Source: Dehalococcoidia bacterium | GTDB taxonomy: Bacteria > Chloroflexota > Dehalococcoidia > UBA6926 | Reading direction: 5' to 3' | Assembly: GCA_963666115.2 (NCBI GenBank) | Contig: CAXXET010000006.1 | Span: forward strand, 288,001-352,000 | DNA length: 64,000 nt | Shown: positions 43,592 to 52,559 of the stretch, one piece after another | Layout: each line of letters starts with the position of its first letter | How positions within the stretch are numbered: position 1 is the first letter of the stretch | Position numbers and translations under genes: made by a program | The notes under the pieces: model-generated | Database searches by the model: none | What the model saw: only the letters and a program-made list of their open reading frames with translations | What the model was told of the DNA's origin: nothing

Positions 43592-45456
43592 CGCCTGACG
43601 AGAGGGAAGAATTCTCGATCCTTACTCCAGAAAGGCTTGTGGAGGCCCTGCGGGATACCAGATACAACAGCACCGCACATGCTATCGCTGAACTTGTCGA
43701 TAATTCTATCGAGGCCAATGCGCGAGAGATTAGCCTGCTTTGCGCAGAGGAATACGAGATGGTTGTCGAGCGAAGCAAGCGAAGAGTATCCGAGATAGCT
43801 GTCCTCGATAACGGTGATGGAATGGACCCGGAGACGTTAGCGCAGTCATTGATTTTCGGCGGAGGAACCAAGCACGATAGCCTGCGTGGGATGGGGAAAT
43901 ATGGAATGGGCCTGCCGACAGCATCGCTATCGCAATGCACGAAAGTCGAGATATGGAGTTGGCAGTCAGGTTACGAGAGCGCCTGGCATTCGTGGATTAA
44001 CGTCAAGGAGATAATGGCTGGCCGCCAAACTATTCCGATGCCAGACCAGGAGAAGATTCCGGATCGCTGGCTGCGCGCGGCAAGTACGGATATGTTCGAG
44101 AACCTGCCACTTTCGCACCAAAAATCGGGCACTCTGGTCGTATGGTCAGATCTTGACAAGATGCAGTGGAAAACGAGCAGCGCAATCCTGAGGAATACTG
44201 CGGAGGAGGTCGGACGGATCCATCGGCACTTTATCGCGTCAGGACGTTGCCGCATTCAGACTGTCAGCTTCTCTGCGACCAATCCAGACGACAAGCAAGC
44301 GGACATTGTCGTCCCTAACGACCCTACTTATTTGATGCCGACTACATCCACGCCCACGCCTTGGGGCGAAACTCCAATGTTTAGAGAGTGGACGAGAAAG
44401 CACTACGGCATTGAAGCGGGTGGCAGAGAAAACACAATTGATGTCGTGTACTCGATAGTCAAACCAGAAGCATTGCAAACCGACAGGGTTAGTATACAGC
44501 CGGGCAGACAGCCACACGGTGCACATGCTAGGAAGAACATAGGAGTGTCCGTGGTTCGGGAAGAACGTGAGATTATTCTCGACAAGTCATTCATGAGTGA
44601 GGGCGGCAGTTCTCGCGACCCGCGGCAGCGGTGGTGGGGTTGTGAAGTTAGGTTCGGGCGTGACGCCGACGAGTTTTTCGGGATAGACACCAAAAAGCAG
44701 GCCGTCTGGAAATTCACTAAGGCTGCTCAAGAGCTCGCCAGTGATGATAGACCAATAGCAGTTGTTCTTGATGAAATGGGTGTGGAGAGAGACCCGATTT
44801 ATGAATTGGTTTTCGAAATCAAGAATGAAATTGGAAACCTGATGCGGGAAATCAATAAGATGTTCGGCCAGCGAACGGGCGAATCGACTGAAGACAGGAA
44901 GCACAGCCCAGAGACGAAGGCTGCCGGCAGCATGTCAGAAGCCATAAAGGACGCAATCGAGGCCGGAGAAGAAAAGGAGACGCAGACAGACGAAGACCGG
45001 CGGACAATTCCTCCTGACGAGAGAGAAGAGGCGATCGCACTGGAACTAGAAGAATCGGGGCGGCCTCCCGAGAGAGCCAAAGAGCTTGCAATGGGACTGG
45101 TGCAACAGGAGCAAGGTTTTGTCTTTGATGTTGGACAAGTTTCAGGATACTCCATTTTTGACGTGCGTTCCAGCAAAGGCATATTGCACCTGACTCTGAA
45201 TATGGATCACCCAGTTTACGACTACTTGAACGTTATCGAACAAGATATCCGTGAAAACGCCGACGAGAACAGCCCCGAATTCAAGGCGGCTGTGGCAATT
45301 CGCCTACTATTGCTATGTTGGGCACGCATGGAAGACCAGGCTGCTACTCGCGAGGAGCGGATGCAGATACAGGATATTGCGGCGAAGTGGGGACGTCACG
45401 TTGACCGGGCGGTGAGGCACGCTAGCTCGGAGGACCCGGAGATGCCGACTGGATGA
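43576..45456 (+). CDS. MORC-type GHKL (HATPase_c_3) ATPase
   Basis: AIAELVDNSIEA, DNGDGM, GKYGMGL, SGTLVVW; late LNMDHP motif; RBS GGAGG. Confidence 0.88.
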   Translation: MAGELTPDEREEFSILTPERLVEALRDTRYNSTAHAIAELVDNSIEANAREISLLCAEEYEMVVERSKRRVSEIAVLDNGDGMDPETLAQSLIFGGGTKHDSLRGMGKYGMGLPTASLSQCTKVEIWSWQSGYESAWHSWINVKEIMAGRQTIPMPDQEKIPDRWLRAASTDMFENLPLSHQKSGTLVVWSDLDKMQWKTSSAILRNTAEEVGRIHRHFIASGRCRIQTVSFSATNPDDKQADIVVPNDPTYLMPTTSTPTPWGETPMFREWTRKHYGIEAGGRENTIDVVYSIVKPEALQTDRVSIQPGRQPHGAHARKNIGVSVVREEREIILDKSFMSEGGSSRDPRQRWWGCEVRFGRDADEFFGIDTKKQAVWKFTKAAQELASDDRPIAVVLDEMGVERDPIYELVFEIKNEIGNLMREINKMFGQRTGESTEDRKHSPETKAAGSMSEAIKDAIEAGEEKETQTDEDRRTIPPDEREEAIALELEESGRPPERAKELAMGLVQQEQGFVFDVGQVSGYSIFDVRSSKGILHLTLNMDHPVYDYLNVIEQDIRENADENSPEFKAAVAIRLLLLCWARMEDQAATREERMQIQDIAAKWGRHVDRAVRHASSEDPEMPTG

Positions 45457-46304
45457 TTGTCTCAGAAAGTACCGGCTTCAGTGTTCCTCCTCAGAATGCC
45501 GTCTTTATTGCCGCTCCATACATAAGGGCTGCCGCTCTGACTCGGTTCCTTGCGAATGTGCCCTCTGTGCCAGAGTTGACCTGTGTTACTCGCTGGCAAC
45601 CTAAGGATCTGGCGCTTGGTGTATCAGAGGTGGAGTGTCGACGGATCATCCTTAACAGGGGAGGCCATTTCCTGCTGCACCCAACGTTGCACGCCAAGTA
45701 TTATCGATTTGATGATGAGATTCTGATTGGCTCGGCCAATTTGACGATGTCGGGTATGGGCTGGTCATGGAGATCGAATCTGGAGATACTGGCACCGCCC
45801 TCAGACGCATTTGACTACCTAGCATTCGAGTCGGAACTCTTAGCGAGAGCCAGACCGATTTCCGACGTCGAATTCGAGCAATGGGCGTCTATCCAAGATC
45901 TCGGAACAGAGGCTGTGGGTTCGACGCCACAGTTCGCTCAAGCACCTGATTGGCGACCGGTTACTCGCGAATTTGAGAATTTCTCCAGAGCCTACTACGG
46001 CCGGTTACGCGAGATACCTTCAATTGATGAGGCGCGACGGGCCCAAAGCGATATTGTGACTTTGCAGTTGCCGCCCAACCAAGTGCCTGAATCACTGCGC
46101 AGACTGGTGACTACAGCCCTCTTGGCGTCTCCCTACGCGTCGGATGTCCTGCGCGTTCAGCATATGGACGCGGTGGATGCTGCTCGTGAGTTGGCTACGT
46201 TGTATGACCTGCCGTTACACTTGGCGCGGCGCGACATGGAAACCGTCCATAATTGGCTGAGAGAATTAGCCCCGGAACTGCTACCATCATCGGAGGATCA
46301 GTAG
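45453..46304 (+). CDS. Phospholipase D (single HKD) nuclease-like protein
   Basis: AAPYI, LHAKYYRFD, IGSANLT, NLE; ATGA overlap with the ATPase gene. Confidence 0.87.
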   Translation: MIVSESTGFSVPPQNAVFIAAPYIRAAALTRFLANVPSVPELTCVTRWQPKDLALGVSEVECRRIILNRGGHFLLHPTLHAKYYRFDDEILIGSANLTMSGMGWSWRSNLEILAPPSDAFDYLAFESELLARARPISDVEFEQWASIQDLGTEAVGSTPQFAQAPDWRPVTREFENFSRAYYGRLREIPSIDEARRAQSDIVTLQLPPNQVPESLRRLVTTALLASPYASDVLRVQHMDAVDAARELATLYDLPLHLARRDMETVHNWLRELAPELLPSSEDQ

Positions 46305-46328
46305 CGCCATCGCAGAAAGGACACCGCC

Positions 46329-46802
46329 ATGACAAACCAACAACAATACGACGGCCCATCCCCCGCGCTCTCTATCTACGTCAACTTTGATGGGAACTGC
46401 CGGGAGGTGTTTGATGCTTACCTGGCTGTGTTTGGGGGGGAGTTCTCCAATTTGATGACGTTTGCGGATTTGCCGCCGGATGATGATTCGCCGCCTTTGC
46501 CGGACGGGTGGGGGGACAAGATCATGCACGTCGCCCTGCCCATCGGCGACGGGGTCCTCATGGGGAGCGACATGCCGCCCGGCTTCGGCCCGCCCCTCGC
46601 CGCCGGCAACAATTTCTCCGTCAGCTATGCCGCGCCCACGCGCGACGAGGCGAACCGCGTCTTCGCGGCCCTCGCGGAGGGCGGGGAGGTCACGATGGAT
46701 CTCCAGGACATGTTCTGGGGCGACTACTTCGGCACCTGCACTGACCGGTTCGGCATCAACTGGCAGGTTCACCACACAGTGGCCGAGGACGCGGGCGGGT
46801 AA
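46329..46802 (+). CDS. VOC/PhnB family protein
   Basis: YVNFDGNCRE, IMHVAL, LMGSD, MFWGDYFGTCTDRFGINW. Confidence 0.9.
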   Translation: MTNQQQYDGPSPALSIYVNFDGNCREVFDAYLAVFGGEFSNLMTFADLPPDDDSPPLPDGWGDKIMHVALPIGDGVLMGSDMPPGFGPPLAAGNNFSVSYAAPTRDEANRVFAALAEGGEVTMDLQDMFWGDYFGTCTDRFGINWQVHHTVAEDAGG

Positions 46803-46808
46803 GCCACG

Positions 46809-48449
46809 ATGGAACTACACGAGGCCCTCTGGGAGCTTGGCCTGCTGATTGTGCTCGCCAAGCTCCTCGAGGGCGTCTTCAAGCGATTCGGCCTGAACGC
46901 CATCATCGCCTATGCCACGGCCGGGATCATCCTTGGCCCCGTGCTTGGAATCGTCCATCCGGGCGGCGGCATGGAGGTCATTCTCGGCATCGGCATCTTC
47001 GTCTTCTTCTTCCTCGTCGGCATCGAGGAACTGGACATCAAGGGCTTCATCGCCGCCGCCCGCGGCCGCCTCTTCTTCGCGGCTGCGTTCTCGGTGGCGC
47101 TCTCCCTCCTCATATCCCTCGCGGTCACCAGCGATGTGCTGTTCGATCTTGGGCTGGGGCTCAACCTGGACGAGGCGCTCGCGCTCGCCGGCATCCTCTC
47201 TCTTTCCAGCCTGGGACTGGTCGCCAAGGTTCTTGTCGATGAGGGACGGCTCAAGGAGCCTGCGGGCATCCAGATATTCACCGCCGTGGTCATCGCCGAG
47301 CTGCTCGTGCTGTTCGTCGTGGGATTCGCCATCAGCGAGCACTTCTTTGCGGGCGAGGGCGATGCGGCCATGGACCCCGTCCACGCCCTGGTGGTCATCG
47401 GGCAGATCTTCATATTCGCCGCCCTCACGTGGCTGTTCTCCACGAGGGTTCTACCGTGGATCATCGTGGGCCTGCAGCGATTCCTGCGCGTGCCGCAGTT
47501 GTCCTTCGGCGTGCTGCTGGGCGGGCTCTTCCTCGTGGTTGTCGGCGCGGAGCAGGTCGGATTGCACGGCTCTCTGGGCGCGCTGCTCTTCGGCGCGGCG
47601 CTCTCCATGCTGCCGTACCAGGTGCGGCGGGACATCATGCCCGGCGTCCGGAGTTCCGCAGAGGGATTCTTCGTTCCGCTGTTCTTTGCCTCCGCCGGTC
47701 TGCACGTCAGCCTGGCCTTCCTCGATCTGCCGGCGACGACCGTTGCCGTGCTGATCCTCGTCCCGCTGGCAGGAAAATTCGCCGGCGCGTTCATCAGCAC
47801 TTTCGTCGCGCGGCTCGAAGCCCCGTTCGCCATCTCCGCCGGGCTCATGGCCAAGGGGGTCGCGGAGATTGCGCTGCTGCTGGTGATGTTCCAGGTCGGC
47901 TCCATCGACGAAGCCGTGTTCTCCCTCCTCGTGATCCTCATGTTTGCGTACATGCTCCTCTCCCCGTTCGGCATCAGCTTCGCGCTCAGGAGAGTCAAGG
48001 AACCGGTCGATCACATGGACGCGCTGCACCTGCCGCCCTCGATGGTTCCCTTCGCGCTGGAGGGCATCAGGGTGGGGGACATCCTCGATCGGTCACGCGC
48101 CTACGCTGACCATTCGTCGAGCATCCAGTCATTTGCCGAATACTGGCTCCTGCCGGAACAGCAGGACTACGTGGTTGTCGATAAAGGGGAGTTGGCCGGA
48201 ATCGTCTCGCTTGGCATGCTGCGCTACGTTCCCCGCGGCGAGTGGGACGACACGCCGCTGAGCCGCGTGCTGCGCGAGCACACGCCGCATGCCCATGACA
48301 ACGAACTGATCGAGGATGCCCTACAGCGGATGATCGACCACTCCCTGACGGTGATTCCCGTCAGGGATGAAGATACGAGCCGTTTCATCGGCTCGATCAC
48401 CATCAGCGAGGTTATGGAGTTGATCACGGTCACCGCGCGGGGCCACTAG
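46809..48449 (+). CDS. Cation:proton antiporter with C-terminal CBS pair
   Basis: GIILGP, FFVPLFFASAG, GKFAG, many TM helices; CBS-like tail. Confidence 0.88.
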   Translation: MELHEALWELGLLIVLAKLLEGVFKRFGLNAIIAYATAGIILGPVLGIVHPGGGMEVILGIGIFVFFFLVGIEELDIKGFIAAARGRLFFAAAFSVALSLLISLAVTSDVLFDLGLGLNLDEALALAGILSLSSLGLVAKVLVDEGRLKEPAGIQIFTAVVIAELLVLFVVGFAISEHFFAGEGDAAMDPVHALVVIGQIFIFAALTWLFSTRVLPWIIVGLQRFLRVPQLSFGVLLGGLFLVVVGAEQVGLHGSLGALLFGAALSMLPYQVRRDIMPGVRSSAEGFFVPLFFASAGLHVSLAFLDLPATTVAVLILVPLAGKFAGAFISTFVARLEAPFAISAGLMAKGVAEIALLLVMFQVGSIDEAVFSLLVILMFAYMLLSPFGISFALRRVKEPVDHMDALHLPPSMVPFALEGIRVGDILDRSRAYADHSSSIQSFAEYWLLPEQQDYVVVDKGELAGIVSLGMLRYVPRGEWDDTPLSRVLREHTPHAHDNELIEDALQRMIDHSLTVIPVRDEDTSRFIGSITISEVMELITVTARGH

Positions 48450-48593
48450 GCCCGGATACTCCCGCGCAGCGCGTGTCCTTACTTAAAGAGAGAAACACGT
48501 CAACGAATCCGTATACATGGTTGCCGCCATGCGCGCGCGGTGCTACCGTGTAGCCATGCGAGCAGGGCAGTGGTTGGCCCACGAGGTGGACGT

Positions 48594-49751
48594 ATGAGCC
48601 TTCGCGGTGAAGCGGCGATCATCGGAATCGGCGAGTTGCCCACGACCCGCGCCACTTTTGGCCGCTCCATGGTCGGCCTCATGGGCGACGTGGCCCGCAT
48701 CGCCATCCATGACGCGCACGTGCGCTTCGACGATATTGACGGGCTTGTGACGGAGGGCGGGAATGTGTCTCCGGCCTTCGCGTCCGAGTACCTTGGCATC
48801 CAGCCGCGGTTCGCTTCCGGCGCGAGCATGATGGGCGCAAGCGGCGCGACGGGCGTCACTCTCGCCTCCATGGCCGTGCAGAACGGCCTCGCCAATTATG
48901 TGCTCGTCGTCATTGCTACTGCGCGCAACCCCGCCATCCCGCCGGAGGGCGGCGGGCCTCCCAGCGCGCGGTCGGAGTTTGAGGACCCGTACGGCATGGC
49001 CGCCGGCGCCAACACGGGTTACGGCATGATGTACGTCAGGCACATGGAAGAATACGGCACCACCGAAGAGCAGATGGCGCAGATGGCCGTCAACGAGCGG
49101 TTCAACACGCTGGAGAATCCAAACTCCGTCTTCAAGGGGCAGCCCATCACGCATGACGACGTGATGAATTCCCGCTTTATCAACTATCCCATCAAGCTGC
49201 TTGAAACCGTGATGCCGTGCGCCGGCGCGGCGGCTGTCGTGGTGACGAGCGCGGAGCGCGCCAGGCACAGCCTGAACCGGCCTGTCTACGTGCTCGGCGC
49301 AGGCGTGGCGACCGATCCGCTCATGGGCTGGATGCGCGACAAGCTGACCGAGACGCCCGTTGCGCGGTCTGCCCCCACCGCGATCACGATGTCCGGCTAC
49401 ACGCCGCGCGACATGCAGTTCGCCCAATTCTACGATTGATACACCATCCTCCATGCCGTGAGCCTGGAAGATGCGGGACTGATGCCCAAGGGCGAGGTTG
49501 GGGCCTTCTTTGAATCGACGGACACCCGCTACAACGGCGAGTTCCCCATCAACACGGACGGCGGCCAGCTCTCCAGCGGCCAGCCGGGTCTCGCCGGCGG
49601 ATTCCGCCACGTCGTTGAGGGCGCGCGCCAGATCATGGGCAAGGCGGGCGTCCGGCAGATTGCCCGCAATGACCTCGGTCTGGTGAATGGTTGAGGCGGC
49701 ACCGCGAGCACCATGTGCACGCTGGTTCTCGGGTCCGAGAACGCACTCTAG
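48594..49751 (+). CDS. Thiolase-like (SCP2/Ltp2-type) protein with two in-frame TGA codons, putative selenoprotein
   Basis: 1158 nt, same length as paralog 50356-51513; TGA at codon 282 (FYD*YT) and codon 367 (VNG*GG); continuous frame to TAG after LGSENAL. Confidence 0.75.
49445..49473 (+). promoter_or_regulatory. Candidate SECIS hairpin after the first TGA
   Basis: CATCCTCCA-T-GC-[CGTGA]-GC-C-TGGAAGATG; loop starts 17 nt after the TGA. Confidence 0.45.
49701..49726 (+). promoter_or_regulatory. Candidate SECIS hairpin after the second TGA
   Basis: ACC-GCG-A-GCAC-[CAT]-GTGC-A-CGC-T-GGT; loop starts 17 nt after the TGA. Confidence 0.45.
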
Positions 49752-49795
49752 GGATACAGAAAGAGCACAGCCGCAGAGCCGCCGGAGATGCTGCC

Positions 49796-50314
49796 ATGAC
49801 GAGCGAATACAGGAGACCCGTCCCGCGCCCCACGATGAACCCGGAGTTGACCGCGCCGTTCTGGGCAGGGACGAAACGCCATGAACTCTGGCTCCAGAAC
49901 TGCAAGCCCTGCGGCAAGTTCATCTTCTACCCGCGCGAGGCCTGCCCCGAGTGCTGGGCTCACGGCGATGACCTGGTGTGGACGAAGGCGAGCGGCACGG
50001 GCCGCGTCCACTCCTACACCGTCGTCTATCAGCCCGCCCACCCGGCCTTCGGCGAGTTCATGCCCCAGGCGCAGGTTCTCATCGAGCTGGATGAGGGCGT
50101 GCGAATGGTCGGGAACATGGTGGACGTCTCGTCGGAGGAGTTCCGCGCGGACCCCGCCGTGCTCCCGGTCAACCAGCGCGTCGAGGCGGTCTTTGAAGAC
50201 GTGACGCCCGAGTGGACGCTTATCAAGTGGCGGCGCGTTGAGGAGGACCCCGTGCCGGGGTCCGATACGGCACCTACCGAGAACCCGTGGGCGAACGATC
50301 CCAGGTATAACTGA
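49796..50314 (+). CDS. DUF35 Zn-ribbon/OB-fold protein
   Basis: PFW..ELWLQNCKPCG..YPREACPEC, SGTGRVHSYTVV, IELDEGVRMVGN; RBS GGAG. Confidence 0.92.
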   Translation: MTSEYRRPVPRPTMNPELTAPFWAGTKRHELWLQNCKPCGKFIFYPREACPECWAHGDDLVWTKASGTGRVHSYTVVYQPAHPAFGEFMPQAQVLIELDEGVRMVGNMVDVSSEEFRADPAVLPVNQRVEAVFEDVTPEWTLIKWRRVEEDPVPGSDTAPTENPWANDPRYN

Positions 50315-50355
50315 TCCCGTTAGTGAGGCGTGGCGCAGAGCAGGAGGACAGAGAC

Positions 50356-51513
50356 GTGAGTTTCCGGGGAAAGGCCGCAATCATCGGTATCGGCGAACTC
50401 CCGTCGCGCCGGACGATTCCCGGCATGAGCACGGCCGGCCTGCTGGCGCAGGCGGCGCGTCTCGCCATCGAGGACGCGCACATCTCCAAGGATGAGGTCG
50501 ACGGGCTGGTTACGGAGGGAGGCTCGGTCTTCCCGGGATTCGCGGCGGAATACCTTGGCATCCGCCCCCGATTCGGCACCGGCGTTTCCATGATGGGGGC
50601 GAGCGGCGCGACCGCCGTCCTGCTTGCCGCGATGGCCGTCCAGAACGGCCTCGCAAGCAACGTCCTCGTCGTCATGGGGCAGGCGCGCAACCCTGCAATC
50701 GCCGCCGAGGGCGAGGGGGGCGCGAACCCAGCGACGGAGTTCGATTTCCCGTATGGGCCCGCCGCCGGCGCGAATTCCGGCTACGCACAGGTCTACAAGC
50801 GCCACATGGACCGGTACGGCACCACGCAGGAACAGATGGCGCGCGTGGCGGTAAATGAACGCGCCAACGCGCAGGGCAACGAGAATGCCGTGTTCAACGG
50901 CCAGCCGATCACCTATGACGACGTCATCGGCTCGCGGTACGTGAATTATCCGCTGCGGCTGCTGGAGTGCGTGATGCCGTGCGCGGGCGCGGCGGCGCTC
51001 ATCGTCACGACCGCCGAGAGGGCGAAGGCCGGGTTGAACAGGCCCGCGTACATGCTTGGCGGGGGGACAGCGGTGGACGGCCTCAGCGGGATGATGCGGC
51101 CGGAGCTGACCGTCACGCCGGTTGCCCGCTCTGCCCCAACCGCGTTCGCCATGTCCGGCTACGCCCCGAAAGACGTGCAGTTCGCCCAATTCTATGACGC
51201 TTACACCATCATCCACGCCGTGAGCCTGGAGGACGCGGGAATCGTGCCGAAGGGCGAGATCGGGCCGTTCTTTGCGGAGACCGACACCACCTACAACGGC
51301 ACGTTCCCGATCAATACGGACGGCGGCCAGTTGTCCGGCGGGCAGCCGGGTTCGGCAGGCGGCCTCCGCCACGTCGTTGAGGCGGCCCGTCAGATCATGG
51401 GCAAGGCGGGCGTGAGGCAGATCGAGCGGAACGACCTGGGCCTCGTGAATGGCAACGGCGGGATGTCGAGCGTCATGTGCACGCTGGTTCTCGGGTCCGC
51501 GAACGCACTCTAG
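50356..51513 (+). CDS. Thiolase-like (SCP2/Ltp2-type) protein, uninterrupted paralog
   Basis: AAIIGIGE, RHMDRYGTT, FYDAYT, INTDGGQLS, LVNGNGG; RBS AGGAGG. Confidence 0.92.
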   Translation: MSFRGKAAIIGIGELPSRRTIPGMSTAGLLAQAARLAIEDAHISKDEVDGLVTEGGSVFPGFAAEYLGIRPRFGTGVSMMGASGATAVLLAAMAVQNGLASNVLVVMGQARNPAIAAEGEGGANPATEFDFPYGPAAGANSGYAQVYKRHMDRYGTTQEQMARVAVNERANAQGNENAVFNGQPITYDDVIGSRYVNYPLRLLECVMPCAGAAALIVTTAERAKAGLNRPAYMLGGGTAVDGLSGMMRPELTVTPVARSAPTAFAMSGYAPKDVQFAQFYDAYTIIHAVSLEDAGIVPKGEIGPFFAETDTTYNGTFPINTDGGQLSGGQPGSAGGLRHVVEAARQIMGKAGVRQIERNDLGLVNGNGGMSSVMCTLVLGSANAL

Positions 51514-51522
51514 GAGGCAGGC

Positions 51523-51987
51523 ATGACAAGCGAATACACCAAGCCGCTGCCGCACGCCACGCTGAACCCGGAGGTGTCGCGGCCGTTCTGGGAGGGCACG
51601 AAGAAGCACGAGTTGTGGGTGCAGTACTGCGGCGCGTGCAATAAGTTCGTCTTCTTCCCGCGCGAAGTGTGCCCGTACGGCCTGTGCGCCATCGACAAGC
51701 TCGTCTGGACGAAGACCAGGGGCAAGGGCCGCGTCTACTCCTACACGACCGTCTACCAGTCCTCGTTCCCGGCGTTCACAGAGGAAGCCCCCTACATCCA
51801 CGCCACCATCCAGTTGGACGAGGGCCCGCGCATGTCGGGAAACGTCCTCGTGCCGAAGGAGCAACTAGCGGAAGACCCGAGCGCGCTGGCCGTCGGCCAG
51901 CGCGTCGAGGCCGTGTACGACGACGTGACGGATGACGTCACCCTCGTAAAGTGGCAGCCCATCCCGGAAGATGAGCCGCCAGATTAA
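51523..51987 (+). CDS. DUF35 Zn-ribbon/OB-fold protein
   Basis: PFWEG..CGAC..FPREVCP..C, GKGRVYSYT, QLDEGPRM. Confidence 0.92.
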   Translation: MTSEYTKPLPHATLNPEVSRPFWEGTKKHELWVQYCGACNKFVFFPREVCPYGLCAIDKLVWTKTRGKGRVYSYTTVYQSSFPAFTEEAPYIHATIQLDEGPRMSGNVLVPKEQLAEDPSALAVGQRVEAVYDDVTDDVTLVKWQPIPEDEPPD

Positions 51988-52423
51988 GCCGGTCGATCTT
52001 CTCGGACTGATTGCGATTGGCGTTGGCCTCCTGCTTATCGTGTCGGGGGTGATGATTGGCGGGGATACCGGCTCGTCGGTCAGGACGCTGGGCGGCTTTC
52101 TCCTGATTGGCGGACTTGGGGCGGTGATCCTCGTTGAACCCCACAGGCGGGAGAGGGCGCTCGCCCTGGCGCGGGGCATGATGAAGCGCTACCGGACGGG
52201 AACCGCCGCCTGGCGCTGGCAGTACCGGACGGCGATGGCGTGCCTGCTGCTGGCGGGGGTCATGTTTGTGCCCGCGCTGTTCCTGGGCACACTCTTTGGA
52301 ATGTTCATGACGACGCCGTTTATGCTGCTGAGCATCATGGCCGTCATTGCGTCCGGGGTTTTCTTCGTCTGCGGACTGCACAGCGCCTCCAACGACGAAT
52401 CGCGCCGCCGCCGCTCACCGTGA
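51971..52423 (+). CDS. Four-TM hypothetical membrane protein
   Basis: 150 aa with four hydrophobic segments; fills the gap before the tRNA. Confidence 0.65.
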   Translation: MSRQIKPVDLLGLIAIGVGLLLIVSGVMIGGDTGSSVRTLGGFLLIGGLGAVILVEPHRRERALALARGMMKRYRTGTAAWRWQYRTAMACLLLAGVMFVPALFLGTLFGMFMTTPFMLLSIMAVIASGVFFVCGLHSASNDESRRRRSP

Positions 52424-52452
52424 CCTACTCCCTGCGTTACAATAGGAACTGA

Positions 52453-52528
<76 letters not shown>

Positions 52529-52559
52529 TCCCTTACGATGACCTGCCGGAGAACGTGAC

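Noticed and set aside
41497-46304. Canonical Dnd, Ssp, DISARM or BREX system
   Set aside because: The defining partners (DndD/E, SspB/C/E, methyltransferase, PglZ) are absent, so it is kept as an unassigned candidate.
49437-49694. Genome-wide TGA reassignment (Trp or Gly) as the explanation for the thiolase TGAs
   Set aside because: TGA is the normal stop of several genes here (ispF, the glnA ending at 8823, the antitoxin, the MORC ATPase), and long genes such as rpoB, rpoC and gltB have no internal TGA.
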